The position numbers and the translations under genes are program-made. Shown here in pieces: positions 28,165 through 38,279 of a stretch of DNA of 64,000 nucleotides. A model generated the notes under the pieces. The model had not been told where the DNA came from, ran no database searches, and saw only the letters and a program-made list of their open reading frames with translations. The stretch's first letter is position 1; the number at the start of each line of letters is the position of its first letter. The stretch is from Congregibacter sp. (GTDB taxonomy: Bacteria > Pseudomonadota > Gammaproteobacteria > Pseudomonadales > Halieaceae), in contig NZ_JBGCFU010000008.1 of assembly GCF_045107095.1 (NCBI RefSeq), positions 967 through 64,966 of the forward strand, given 5' to 3'.

Positions 28165-29550
28165 ATGAGTTTTCCAACGCACATTCGCAAAACACTCCAT
28201 AGGCTGACTCTCGCGGTCAGTTGCGTGGCCGCATTTACAACGGCCTCCGTCCATAGCCAGGAGCTCACTGACCCTGGCATGCCGCAGATTCTCGATCTTG
28301 ATGATCGCGCTGCCACCGTGGACCGTTGGCTCAAAGGCCGATTGGATACACTGGTACCGGCATTGATGCGCCGCGAAGGTGTAGACATGTGGATACTGGT
28401 CGCTGGTGAGTATGATGAAGACCCTGTGGTAAAGACCATGCTCCCCGCGACCTGGCTCGCAGCGCGACGGACCACGATTATGATTTTTCATGATCGTGGC
28501 GAGGACGAGGGCGTGGAGCGTATGGCCGTTGCCCGCTACCCCGTCGCTGACCTGTTTCCATCAGCCTGGAATCCTGAAGAGCAGGGTGATCAGTGGGAGC
28601 GCGTTGCGGAGATCATACGAGAACGTAACCCCAGTAAGGTCGCTATAAACACCTCTGAAGACTTTCCTCTCGCCGACGGCCTTAGCGCAGGCATGCGCCG
28701 AAAACTGGAGCGCGCGCTCGGACCCTTAAGCGACAAGCTCGTCGAGAACCATAATCTGGCCATTGGCTGGCTCGAAACTCGCACGAGCGCGGAGATGGCC
28801 GCTTACCCGCAACTGGTTCGTATCGCTCACGCGATCATCGCTGAAATGTTTTCGGAAGCGACGATTACTCCCGGCATTACTACCACAGAGGATCTTCGCT
28901 GGCACCTGAGACAACAAGTTTCCGATCTAGGATTGGACACATGGTTTCATCCATCGGTACACGTTCAACGAGCTTCCCAATCAGCCTTCTCAATCGCCAA
29001 CATGAGTCTTGATGAAGGCGATGTCGTCATGCCCGGGGACTTCCTGCATGTGGACTTTGGCATCACTTATCTCAGGCTTAACACCGACACACAGCACCAT
29101 GCCTACGTGCTGCGCCCCGGCGAAACCGAAGCACCTAAAGGTTTAAGAGATGGCCTTGCCGCTGCGAACAAAGTGCAAGATGCGCTTCTGGCGACTTTTA
29201 AAACCGGCCAATCCGGGAATGAAATGCTCGCCGCCACCCGGAAAACCATTGAAGCTCAGGGCATCAAAGGCACGATCTACACGCACCCTTTAGGTCTCCA
29301 TGGCCATGGCGCCGGGCCAGGAATAGGCATGTGGGATAACCAGGGGCCGATGAAAGGAGCGCGGGGAGCTTATCCACTGTGGCCAAACACCGCCTGGTCT
29401 ATAGAACTCAATGCAGAGGCTGCTGTTCCCGAATGGGACGGACAGCTTGTTCGTTTTATGACCGAAGAAGACGCTTTTTTTGATGGTAAAACGGTGCGTT
29501 ACCTGGATGGGCGGCAAACTGAGATAACTCTGATACCGCGCCAGCAATAG
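28165..29550 (+). CDS. M24 family (Xaa-Pro aminopeptidase-like) metallopeptidase with signal peptide
   Basis: Pita-bread ligands HVDFG, NTDTQ, THPLG.HGH, SIE, TEE; starts 3 nt after the M1 stop. Confidence 0.85.
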   Translation: MSFPTHIRKTLHRLTLAVSCVAAFTTASVHSQELTDPGMPQILDLDDRAATVDRWLKGRLDTLVPALMRREGVDMWILVAGEYDEDPVVKTMLPATWLAARRTTIMIFHDRGEDEGVERMAVARYPVADLFPSAWNPEEQGDQWERVAEIIRERNPSKVAINTSEDFPLADGLSAGMRRKLERALGPLSDKLVENHNLAIGWLETRTSAEMAAYPQLVRIAHAIIAEMFSEATITPGITTTEDLRWHLRQQVSDLGLDTWFHPSVHVQRASQSAFSIANMSLDEGDVVMPGDFLHVDFGITYLRLNTDTQHHAYVLRPGETEAPKGLRDGLAAANKVQDALLATFKTGQSGNEMLAATRKTIEAQGIKGTIYTHPLGLHGHGAGPGIGMWDNQGPMKGARGAYPLWPNTAWSIELNAEAAVPEWDGQLVRFMTEEDAFFDGKTVRYLDGRQTEITLIPRQQ

Positions 29551-29567
29551 CGCCACAACCAAAGGAC

Positions 29568-29594
29568 AAGAGCGGGTTTAACGTTCCCGCTCTT
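29568..29594. terminator. Hairpin between convergent genes
   Basis: AAGAGCGGG-tttaacgtt-CCCGCTCTT 9-bp stem containing the stop of the DUF6702-like gene. Confidence 0.5.
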
Positions 29595-30072
29595 CATCGA
29601 GGCCCGGCGCTTTTATCTTGATAAACGCCTGGGCCTCAGGCTCTACGTCCAGCAGGACGAAGTTGTCGATCACAGGGAAACGCTCCGGCAGAGCTGTCAC
29701 CCATTCCTGGTAAACCAGCAGAAAATCGTCTTCGATCTCTGCACCAATAGTCTCGAGTTTGATAGCCGCGTCCTTGCGTGCAGCAGAAAGCAGCTTAAAG
29801 CGTTCATCTACGTACAACGCAACAAGCGCCAGGCTTCGAAGTTCTTCAATGGACTCCGTCCCGCCCATGTAGCGATTGACCACGATGGCGTCAGCCAGAT
29901 GCATGCGGTGCACAATTTCAAAGCTCTCGCCAGACCAGACGATATCCGTCCAGACCGCATGACCCCGGTGAGCGCCCGCCGGCATCATACAAAGGAGGAG
30001 CACTGCGCTGAGAATCCAGCGCAGTGTTTTGGAAGGGGCGGCGGTAGCGATGTCTCCCGCTTTAGCCACCAT
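29578..30072 (-). CDS. DUF6702-like secreted protein, translationally coupled to the M1 peptidase
   Basis: Signal peptide ending AGA-H.GH; overlaps the M1 gene 3' end by 11 nt; E.E.D....Y.E pattern. Confidence 0.6.
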   Translation of the reverse strand: MVAKAGDIATAAPSKTLRWILSAVLLLCMMPAGAHRGHAVWTDIVWSGESFEIVHRMHLADAIVVNRYMGGTESIEELRSLALVALYVDERFKLLSAARKDAAIKLETIGAEIEDDFLLVYQEWVTALPERFPVIDNFVLLDVEPEAQAFIKIKAPGLDEERER

Positions 30073-32554
30073 TCGCAGGTTTCAGCGGCGCCGATTTACC
30101 GTCGTCCGCATTTACTTTGGCGCTGTCCTTGAGTTCGTGCAGCATATCGGCCATCAGATTGCGTTTTTTGGAATCCGACTTGTAAGCCGACAGGCGTGAC
30201 TGATGAATCGTGGATGGGAACCGATTATTGCTGTAATCCGCGTCAGCAGTTTGATGTCTACGATCGACTTCGATGTACGCGATAGGCTTAGCTTCAATGA
30301 GCCTGTGCGTCACCTTGATCGAGTTTTTGCGCCAGATCTCTGCAGCCAACTCCAGTTCACGGCTACTGCCATCTTCGTACTGGATGTGAAGCATCAAAGG
30401 TGACGGCACTCCGCCAAGGTTTTCGAAGTCCACGAAGTAGAAATAGTCATCGTCTTCGATCGCCTGGTTAAACGCTCTTTGCTCCCAGGGCTCAAGCTTC
30501 TTGAACTTATCCGCCGCAGAGTTACGATCTTTGTTAGTCACTGTGTAGCGGTCATTCTCGCTGTACAGATCCTTTAAGGCTTCAAAGCGCTCTTCTCGCG
30601 GCACAATGCCTTCTGCCTTATTGCGTTCAACATTCACTGGTACCGGATTGTCTCGATTGTGCTCATCACGGTCGAGGGGGTAATCGACATCCGGGTCACC
30701 CGACTTGAGTTGGTACGCGCGAACATCGGTGATCGCCATGTCGACGTAGTCCGTGGTGTAAAACCAGGCTCTCCAGAACCAATCCAGATCAACACCCGAC
30801 GCGTCTTCCATGGTGCGGAAGAAATCCGATGGTGTGGGCCGCTTGAACTTCCAGCGTTGAGCGTACTCACGAAAAGCAAAGTCGAAGAGCTCTCGACCCA
30901 TTACCGTCTCGCGAAGAACAGTCAGCGCCGCGGCAGGTTTGCTGTAGGCATTAGGCCCCAGTCGCAAAACAGAATCAGACTGCGTCATTACAGGAACCTG
31001 ATTGGGCGACATCATGTACTCGGGAATCATATCCAGTACGTTAGTCTCGTTAATCAGGGAGTTAGAGATGCGCCGGAATGCGGGGAAGTCCTCTTCCCAC
31101 TCAAGCTCAGCAACGTACTCCAGAAACGTGTTCAGGCCCTCGTCCATCCAGGTCCACTGACGCTCGTCGGAGTTCACGACCATGGGGAAATAAATATGCC
31201 CCACTTCGTGAATTACAACACCGATCAGGCCGTACTTGATACGTCGGGAATACGCTAGCTCCGCTGCCGCGCGTGACTCGGCAGACTCAGGATCATCTTC
31301 CTTTGCACGAGGAGGATCTGGACGATAACCATTGAAGGTGATCATCGGGTACTCCATACCACCCCCTTCCCAGGTATTTACGGACTGCGCCGTGGGATAG
31401 GGATAGTCAAAAGAGAAACGGCTGTAGACGTCCATGGTGTGGACGACTGCCTGCGTGGAGTACTTCGACCACACGGGCTCAGCTTCGTTGGGATAGAAGG
31501 ACATTGCGAGAACACGCTCATGCTTCGCACCCGGCTGCTCATGAGCCATGGCGTCCCAAATAAACTTGCTGGAACTTGCCCAGGCAAAATCTCTTACGTT
31601 CTCTGCCTCAAAGCGCCAGGTACGAGTGCCCGTAGCCTCGGTCTTCTCGTTCTCCAGAGCTTCTTCCGGGGTAACAACAAAGCGAGGCTTGTCTGAGCCG
31701 GCGCTGGCCAGGCGTTCCTGCTGCTCACTAGTGAGCACCTCATCGGCGTTAGCCAGGGCTCCCGTTGAGGAGACAATGTGATTGTCCGGTACCGTCAGTG
31801 AGACGTCGTAATCACCAAATTCGAGAGTGAACTCTCCGCTCCCAAGAAACGCCTTGTTATGCCAGCCATCGTAATCGCTATAGGCCGCCAGACGAGGGAA
31901 CCACTGGGATAGAAAGAAAATCTGGGTATCCGACTCGTAAAACTGCTCGTAGCCACCGCGACTGCGAACGGTATCGCGTTCAATAATGTCGAAGGTCCAT
32001 TCAACATTGAAGCTCACATACTCGCCGGAAGCCAAAGGCTTGGGCAAATCAACGCGTACCATGGTGTCGACAACGACGAAAGGCATCTCTTCACCGGACT
32101 CGCCGGTAAAGCTCAAATTGCGGTAACCGTAGTCACCCACTGACACCGCCTGATGATCACGCAGATTCCGGTAGGAGACTCGATCTGAGCTCACCGTGCG
32201 TGAACGCCGATCCAGAGAGTCCTTCTTGAATCGGTTTTGATCCAGTTGCAGCCACAGGTAACGCAACGCATCTGGGGAATTGTTGGTGTAAACAATACGA
32301 GCACTGGCATCAATACGCCGGGCGTCTTCATCAAGTCGAGCATCGATGTCGTAATCAGCCTGCTGTTGCCAGTAAGCATGACCCGGAGCGCCGGACGCCG
32401 TGCGGTAAACGTTGGGCGAAGGTAGCTCCTGCCCGAGCTGCGCAAAAGCGTTCGCGCCAGAGCCGATCACATCCTGAGCACTTACCGATAGAGATAGAGG
32501 GGCTAGACCCGCCAAGACAAACCCGATTACCGGGAGAATTAAGCGATAACGCAT
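30062..32554 (-). CDS. M1 family metallopeptidase (secreted, YWQQ-type)
   Basis: YRTASGAPG..YWQQ.ADY.I, WFPR...Y.D..GW, GGGMEYP, HEVGH, WMDEG.N.F, AY.KPA. Likely ATG 32554; the track starts at 32629. Confidence 0.92.
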   Translation of the reverse strand: MRYRLILPVIGFVLAGLAPLSLSVSAQDVIGSGANAFAQLGQELPSPNVYRTASGAPGHAYWQQQADYDIDARLDEDARRIDASARIVYTNNSPDALRYLWLQLDQNRFKKDSLDRRSRTVSSDRVSYRNLRDHQAVSVGDYGYRNLSFTGESGEEMPFVVVDTMVRVDLPKPLASGEYVSFNVEWTFDIIERDTVRSRGGYEQFYESDTQIFFLSQWFPRLAAYSDYDGWHNKAFLGSGEFTLEFGDYDVSLTVPDNHIVSSTGALANADEVLTSEQQERLASAGSDKPRFVVTPEEALENEKTEATGTRTWRFEAENVRDFAWASSSKFIWDAMAHEQPGAKHERVLAMSFYPNEAEPVWSKYSTQAVVHTMDVYSRFSFDYPYPTAQSVNTWEGGGMEYPMITFNGYRPDPPRAKEDDPESAESRAAAELAYSRRIKYGLIGVVIHEVGHIYFPMVVNSDERQWTWMDEGLNTFLEYVAELEWEEDFPAFRRISNSLINETNVLDMIPEYMMSPNQVPVMTQSDSVLRLGPNAYSKPAAALTVLRETVMGRELFDFAFREYAQRWKFKRPTPSDFFRTMEDASGVDLDWFWRAWFYTTDYVDMAITDVRAYQLKSGDPDVDYPLDRDEHNRDNPVPVNVERNKAEGIVPREERFEALKDLYSENDRYTVTNKDRNSAADKFKKLEPWEQRAFNQAIEDDDYFYFVDFENLGGVPSPLMLHIQYEDGSSRELELAAEIWRKNSIKVTHRLIEAKPIAYIEVDRRHQTADADYSNNRFPSTIHQSRLSAYKSDSKKRNLMADMLHELKDSAKVNADDGKSAPLKPANGG

Positions 32555-32689
32555 AATAAAACCATTAAACCGTAGGGAAAAAACAGCGGCGAAGGTTACC
32601 AGATGCGATGGGGTCTTGGGGAGTGCCACTCATGAACACCACAGCAGGGTGCCAATCAGGTATCGTCTATCTTTTTCTTATCATGGGCC

Positions 32690-35287
32690 TTGTTTGTGAA
32701 ACGACTATTAAAGCTGTCGGCCGCACTCTCCTGTGCGATTCTTATTGGCTGTGACGCTAGCAGCCAAATGCAGGGGCTCGATAACAAAGGAATCAGCATG
32801 GTTGTAGAGCCGGGCGTATCTGCATCGCTGGCGCAAGATCGCGCTCAACGAATCACTGAACTGAGCTACGACTTAAGCTTCTCGGTACCAAGCGATCCAG
32901 CCTTACCCCTCAATGGGCGTATTGTCATTAGCTTCGATCTTTCCAGCATCGAAAACCCGCTACAGATCGACTTTGCCCAAAGCGCCGATAGCATCACTAC
33001 CGTCACTGCTGAAGGGAAACTGATCGCTCACAGCTTCGAAAATGAACACATCCTTATTCCAAGCTCAGCGCTCCGCATAGGTCGAAACGAACTCACATTG
33101 GACTTTGTGGCACCGCAGGACTCGGTCAACCGAAACCCTGACTATCTCTTTACACTTTTTGTACCCGATCGCGCGCGTCGGGCTTTTCCTCTTTTTGATC
33201 AGCCCGATCTGAAAGCACGCTACCGGCTAACGCTGGAAACGCCTGCAGATTGGACCGCACTGGGTAACGGCTCCCGGGAAAGTATTGCGACAAAAGATGG
33301 ACGGCAGGTTTTTCGCTTCGCAACTACCGATCCTCTACCGTCCTATTTGTTTTCCTTTGTCGCGGGCAGGTTCGAGACTGTCACTCGCACCATGGGGGGG
33401 CGGGATATCACGATGCTCCACCGAGAGACCGACGCCGAGAAGCTCGACCGTAACGTCGATGCGATCTTTGAGATCCACCGCGACTCACTAGAATGGCTAA
33501 AAGGTTACACGGCAATCGATTACCCCTTCGAGAAGTTTGCTTTTGCGCTGATACCCGACTTCCCCTACGGCGGCATGGAACATGTCGGCGCGATTCAGTA
33601 CCGCGCTTCGTCCCTTTTGCTGGAGGACTCACCCTCAGAGAGTCAGCTGTTAAATCGGGCGCAGCTTATCGCTCACGAGACCGCCCATATGTGGTTTGGA
33701 AATCTCGTGACCATGCGTTGGTTTGACGACGTATGGACGAAAGAAGTGTTTGCTAACTTTATGGCGGACAAAATCGTAAACCCGCAATTTCCCGAAACGG
33801 ATCATGAGCTCAACTTTCTGGTGAGCCACTACCCTCAGGCCTACGCCGTCGACCGCACCGAGGGTGCCAACCCTATCCGACAGCGATTGGACAATCTGAA
33901 CCTCGCGGGGCAAATGTACGGCCCTATCATCTATCACAAAGCGCCGATCATGATGCGTCAGCTCGAACTCTTGCTGGGAGAGGCGGCTTTTCAGGAAGGT
34001 CTTCAGACGTATCTCAGTCGCTACTCCTACGCCAACGCCACTTGGCCCGCCCTCATCGAGATTCTCGACGGGAAAACCGAGATCGATCTGGCCAGCTGGA
34101 GTGAAGTTTGGGTTAACAGTGCCGGGATGCCGGTTTTTTCCCTAAGCACCTCCAGCGGCAACGCCGGAGAGACAACACAGGCCATACTCAGGCAGATTGA
34201 TCCTGCCGGAGAAGGACGTGAATGGCCGCAGCAATTCTCGCTATGGTCATTAAGCGACGCTGCTGAAACTTCCATGATGGCAGCGGCTGAAGCTCCCCTG
34301 CCGGAGAACGTCGACGGTGAGCCTCTTGAGAACCTTCTGTTTAATGCTGATGGGCTGGGATACGGTCGCTTCCCTGTCGACGCTCGTCTGTTTGACGCCT
34401 GGGAAGTACTCACACCACTGCAGCGAGGCGTTCTCCTTGTTTCGGGCTTTGAAGAACTCCTGTCTAATTCAGACAAAAGTGCCGCTGCATACTTCGATAC
34501 GCTAGCTCGGATTGTGTTGTCCGAAAGTAATGATCTACTTATTGAACTAGCAGCCCAGCAATTGCACTACGTTTACTTCAGCCTTCTTAGCGCCCAAGAG
34601 CGCAGCGAACGAATGCCTCGCACGGAGAGCGACCTTTGGCTGACGATGCAGGCGCAGGAAACCTCGAGTAAAACGAAAATTTTCTTTGAGCTGTTCACCG
34701 ATATGGCCCTGTCGACCGAGGCATTGGAGCAAATTTACAATGTGTGGAGCGGCAAAGAGGCCATACCCTCACTACGTCTCCAGGAGGCCGAGCGCATTCG
34801 CCTTGCCGAGATCATCGCCGTGCGCCTACCCGATCTCGCCGAGGAAGTTATTAGCAAACAGCGACAAGAAACAACAAACCCTGATCGCCTCCGTCGTCTC
34901 GACTTTTTGGCGCCGGCTCTCTCTAATAATCCGGAAATCCGAAACAGTTTTTTTGAGTCACTAAAGACTTCAGAGAATCGCGCTACGGAAGTGTGGGTAA
35001 CTGATGCACTGCGACGACTTCATGACCCTACGCGTCTCGACCACTCAGCAGCTTATGTCTTACCAAGCCTGGAGCTCCTTGAAGAAATTCAGGTAACAGG
35101 CGACATCTTTTTCCCCAGCGCCTGGCTCAACCGAAGCCTCGGCCCTCATAGCGCACCAAGCCTCGCGTCGACTGTCAGAGAGTTTTTGGAGAATCGTCCT
35201 GACTATAACCCCCAGCTGCGCATGAAGATTCTTCAGGCAGCAGATCCTCTATTCCGAGCGAGCCAGCGAAGGACCAAAGCGCTCTAG
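32690..35287 (+). CDS. M1 aminopeptidase N-like lipoprotein
   Basis: AFPLFDQPDLKA, YGGMEH, AHETAHMWFG.LVTM.W.DD.W.KE, IY.KA; lipobox LIGC. Confidence 0.92.
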   Translation: MFVKRLLKLSAALSCAILIGCDASSQMQGLDNKGISMVVEPGVSASLAQDRAQRITELSYDLSFSVPSDPALPLNGRIVISFDLSSIENPLQIDFAQSADSITTVTAEGKLIAHSFENEHILIPSSALRIGRNELTLDFVAPQDSVNRNPDYLFTLFVPDRARRAFPLFDQPDLKARYRLTLETPADWTALGNGSRESIATKDGRQVFRFATTDPLPSYLFSFVAGRFETVTRTMGGRDITMLHRETDAEKLDRNVDAIFEIHRDSLEWLKGYTAIDYPFEKFAFALIPDFPYGGMEHVGAIQYRASSLLLEDSPSESQLLNRAQLIAHETAHMWFGNLVTMRWFDDVWTKEVFANFMADKIVNPQFPETDHELNFLVSHYPQAYAVDRTEGANPIRQRLDNLNLAGQMYGPIIYHKAPIMMRQLELLLGEAAFQEGLQTYLSRYSYANATWPALIEILDGKTEIDLASWSEVWVNSAGMPVFSLSTSSGNAGETTQAILRQIDPAGEGREWPQQFSLWSLSDAAETSMMAAAEAPLPENVDGEPLENLLFNADGLGYGRFPVDARLFDAWEVLTPLQRGVLLVSGFEELLSNSDKSAAAYFDTLARIVLSESNDLLIELAAQQLHYVYFSLLSAQERSERMPRTESDLWLTMQAQETSSKTKIFFELFTDMALSTEALEQIYNVWSGKEAIPSLRLQEAERIRLAEIIAVRLPDLAEEVISKQRQETTNPDRLRRLDFLAPALSNNPEIRNSFFESLKTSENRATEVWVTDALRRLHDPTRLDHSAAYVLPSLELLEEIQVTGDIFFPSAWLNRSLGPHSAPSLASTVREFLENRPDYNPQLRMKILQAADPLFRASQRRTKAL

Positions 35288-35289
35288 CT

Positions 35290-36798
35290 ATGACTGCGAT
35301 AAAAGAGATCAACAGGTCCAGCGGTGAAGGCGGCCTCCGTCGGGAGCTAGGCTTGGGTGCACTGGCTGCCACCGGCATTTGTTCCATGCTAGGCGCGTCG
35401 GTGTATGTCGTGCCCTTTATGATCCAGCGCAATGTACCGGGTATAGGCGCCTGGGTGTTGCCCGCATTTTTGTTCGCTGCGCTGCCCGCGATACTCGCGG
35501 CACTGGCTTATGCCATTCTGGCATCGGCCATGCCCAGGGCCGGCGGCAGCTATCTTTACGCTAGCCGGGGTTTAAGTCCCTATCTCGGCTTTGTCGCCAG
35601 CTTTTCTCAGTGGTTTGGCCTGTCTATTGTTATAGGCGTTATCGCCTACATTATCGTGCCGTTTTTGCGCGATATTGCCTTGGCGCTGGAGTGGAACCAA
35701 TTAGCCTCTGTTTTAGAAACCGGGACCGTCCGTGTAGGTTTGGCCTTAGCCATGCTGTGGACCTTTGTGGGTACGAACCTCCTTGGTTCACGCTTTTACA
35801 CCCGGACACTGATCCCGTTAATGCTCCTCATGTTCACCCTGGGCGCCATTGTTGTAGTAGCGGGCTTTTCCCACGACACAGCGGATTTTGCCACCGGTTT
35901 GGCAACCAGAGATCAAAGAATCCTGGGTGCCAGTACAGACTCAAATTTCGACTTGGGCACTTTTCTGGCAGCCGCAGCGATCTTGTTTTCGAGCTTCATT
36001 GGCTTTGACTCCATTGCCCAGGCAGGTGGCGAGGCCCGCAACCCGCGGCGCAACCTACCTCTGGCAATCGGTATCGCCATGCTCAGCGTCGGTTCCTTCT
36101 ACTTTCTCTTTACCGCTGCCGTATATCACACCGTGCCCTGGCAGTTTGTCGCAAGCGAGTCTTTTCAGCGTGACGTCACCGCGCCTGGATTGCTCAGTTA
36201 TGTCCTGCCCGGGGCCTGGGCGGTCGCCATCATCGCGGGCGCTGCCATCGCGCTACTCAACGACCTCCCCGCCATGCTCCTTGCCGTATCGCGTTTGATG
36301 TTTGCCTGGGCGAAAGATGGGATTTTTCCCAGGACTCTTGGCAGAGTCCACCCGAAACGTCATACACCTCAAACAGCCATCATCGTCAGTGGCCTGATGG
36401 CAACTCTGGGTATATTAGGCAGCCACTTCGCCAGCGACTTTTTCCTCGGCATAGACATCATGGTGACCTCCATGTTGGTTAACTTCATGCTCATGTGTCT
36501 GACTGTGATCACGCTTCCGAAGCGTAACCCGGCACTAGCCAGCAAAGTTACCGTACTCAGCCATCGACCAAGCCAACTGCTACTCGCTTGGCTTGGTATG
36601 CTTCTACTCGCAGGCTTTCTGGTCATTCATGTCAGCAAAGATCTCAGGGCTGATTTATCGAACTGGTACTTCCACTCAACGCCTATCTGGCTCATCGTTA
36701 TGACCATTGGCAGTGCCGTGTACTTTTTGGAGCGCCGCAAACTGCAGAGAAGCGGCGTGGATCTCCATAAAATTTTTAGTCAATTACCCCCGGAGTAG
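35290..36798 (+). CDS. APC family amino-acid permease
   Basis: L.RELGL, G.G.S.Y.P, MP.AGG.Y.Y, SFIGFD......GEA.NP.RN.P.AI, SR.MFA.A.DG.FP; 12+ TM segments. Confidence 0.92.
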   Translation: MTAIKEINRSSGEGGLRRELGLGALAATGICSMLGASVYVVPFMIQRNVPGIGAWVLPAFLFAALPAILAALAYAILASAMPRAGGSYLYASRGLSPYLGFVASFSQWFGLSIVIGVIAYIIVPFLRDIALALEWNQLASVLETGTVRVGLALAMLWTFVGTNLLGSRFYTRTLIPLMLLMFTLGAIVVVAGFSHDTADFATGLATRDQRILGASTDSNFDLGTFLAAAAILFSSFIGFDSIAQAGGEARNPRRNLPLAIGIAMLSVGSFYFLFTAAVYHTVPWQFVASESFQRDVTAPGLLSYVLPGAWAVAIIAGAAIALLNDLPAMLLAVSRLMFAWAKDGIFPRTLGRVHPKRHTPQTAIIVSGLMATLGILGSHFASDFFLGIDIMVTSMLVNFMLMCLTVITLPKRNPALASKVTVLSHRPSQLLLAWLGMLLLAGFLVIHVSKDLRADLSNWYFHSTPIWLIVMTIGSAVYFLERRKLQRSGVDLHKIFSQLPPE

Positions 36799-36806
36799 GA
36801 ACAAGA

Positions 36807-38279
36807 ATGCAGAAACGCCACACAGAACTGGCAGCCGATCTGCGAATCTCCCGTGTAGTTACCGGCCTATGGCAGATTGCCGACATGGAGCGCGATGGTG
36901 GCGCGGTAGATATAGATGCTGCCGCACGCAGCATGCAAGCCTATACCGATGCCGGACTCACCACCTTTGATATGGCGGATCATTACGGGTCTTCCGAGGA
37001 GATAGCCGGTCACTTCGCACAGAACCACATCGATAGACAGGACGTTCAGCTGCTCACCAAATGGGTCCCAAAGCCCGGCGGCTCCAGTCGCGACACGGTC
37101 CGCGAAGCAGTAGAGCGTGCTCTGCAGCGACTGCAGGCCGATCAGCTTCAGTTGCTGCAGTACCACGCCTGGAATTACGCTGATCCCAGTTATCTCGACG
37201 ATCTCAGTTATCTAAAAGAACTTCAGGATGAGGGACTTATTAGCCACCTGGGGTTAACTAACTTCGATACAGCTCACCTGAGAGTGGTACTCGAGTCGGG
37301 CATCGATGTCGTATCCAATCAAGTGTGCTTTTCCCTACTTGATCAACGCGCAGCGGGTGCCATGCTCGAGCTGTGTGAAGAGAGGAATGTGAAGCTATTG
37401 GCTTTTGGCACCCTCGCCGGCGGTTTTCTCTCAGAGCGCTGGCTCAACACTTCCGAGCCCGATCAGGCAGCGCTCACCACCTGGTCACAAATGAAATACA
37501 AGCGGTACATCGATGAGGCCGGTGGATGGCTGCGATTCCAAAATCTACTGGGCCTGCTAGATACGATAGCGAAAGAACATGAGGTGTCGCTAGCCAACGT
37601 TGCCAGTCGTTTCATTCTTGAGAAGAACGGCGTGGGAGCAGTGATTATTGGCGCTCGATTAGGACAGAGCGAACACATAGAAAACAACAAGCAACTTCTC
37701 AACTTTTCGCTCAGCGCGAAGGCACAAAGCGCTATTCAGGATGCGCTAGGCGGACTAGACGCGATTCATGGGGATTGCGGCGACGAATACCGCAAGCCGC
37801 CGTTTTTAACGGCGTCCGGTGACCTTAGCCACCATATCGAAACGTTACCGCCGCCCTACCCGACGGTTTCCGGTTCCGACGGACAGACGCTGGCTCTCAG
37901 CGGAACCATCTGGGAAGACCTCGCGGGATTTTCCCGTGCGGTGCGCAAAGGCAACACCATCTGCGTATCGGGTACCACGGCGACCCACGGTGACCGTGTC
38001 ATTGGTGCCGGTGACCCAACGGCCCAAGCCCACTTCGTTATCGACAAACTGGAGGGGGCACTTCAATCACTGGGAGTGACGCTCGAAAGCGTCGTTCGTA
38101 CCCGTATTTTCATTCGCAATATGGAAGACTGGGAAGCGATCTCTAAAGTTCATGGGCAACGCTTCGGGCACATACAACCTGCAAACACTCTCGTGAGAGC
38201 GGATCTCGTCGGCAATGAATACTTGGTAGAAATTGAAGCGGACGCTATCGATAACACCGCCCCGGGAATTCCCCAATGA
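36807..38279 (+). CDS. Aldo/keto reductase fused to a C-terminal Rid (YjgF/UK114, Rid7-like) domain
   Basis: AKR tetrad D/Y (FDMADHYG), K (LTKW), H (QYH); C-terminal WE...GFSRAVR.G..I.VSGTT...PANT..LVEIEA. Confidence 0.88.
   Translation: MQKRHTELAADLRISRVVTGLWQIADMERDGGAVDIDAAARSMQAYTDAGLTTFDMADHYGSSEEIAGHFAQNHIDRQDVQLLTKWVPKPGGSSRDTVREAVERALQRLQADQLQLLQYHAWNYADPSYLDDLSYLKELQDEGLISHLGLTNFDTAHLRVVLESGIDVVSNQVCFSLLDQRAAGAMLELCEERNVKLLAFGTLAGGFLSERWLNTSEPDQAALTTWSQMKYKRYIDEAGGWLRFQNLLGLLDTIAKEHEVSLANVASRFILEKNGVGAVIIGARLGQSEHIENNKQLLNFSLSAKAQSAIQDALGGLDAIHGDCGDEYRKPPFLTASGDLSHHIETLPPPYPTVSGSDGQTLALSGTIWEDLAGFSRAVRKGNTICVSGTTATHGDRVIGAGDPTAQAHFVIDKLEGALQSLGVTLESVVRTRIFIRNMEDWEAISKVHGQRFGHIQPANTLVRADLVGNEYLVEIEADAIDNTAPGIPQ

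Noticed and set aside
36807-38279. C-terminal domain as a true RidA enamine deaminase
   Set aside because: The catalytic Arg position reads PANT instead of PAR.
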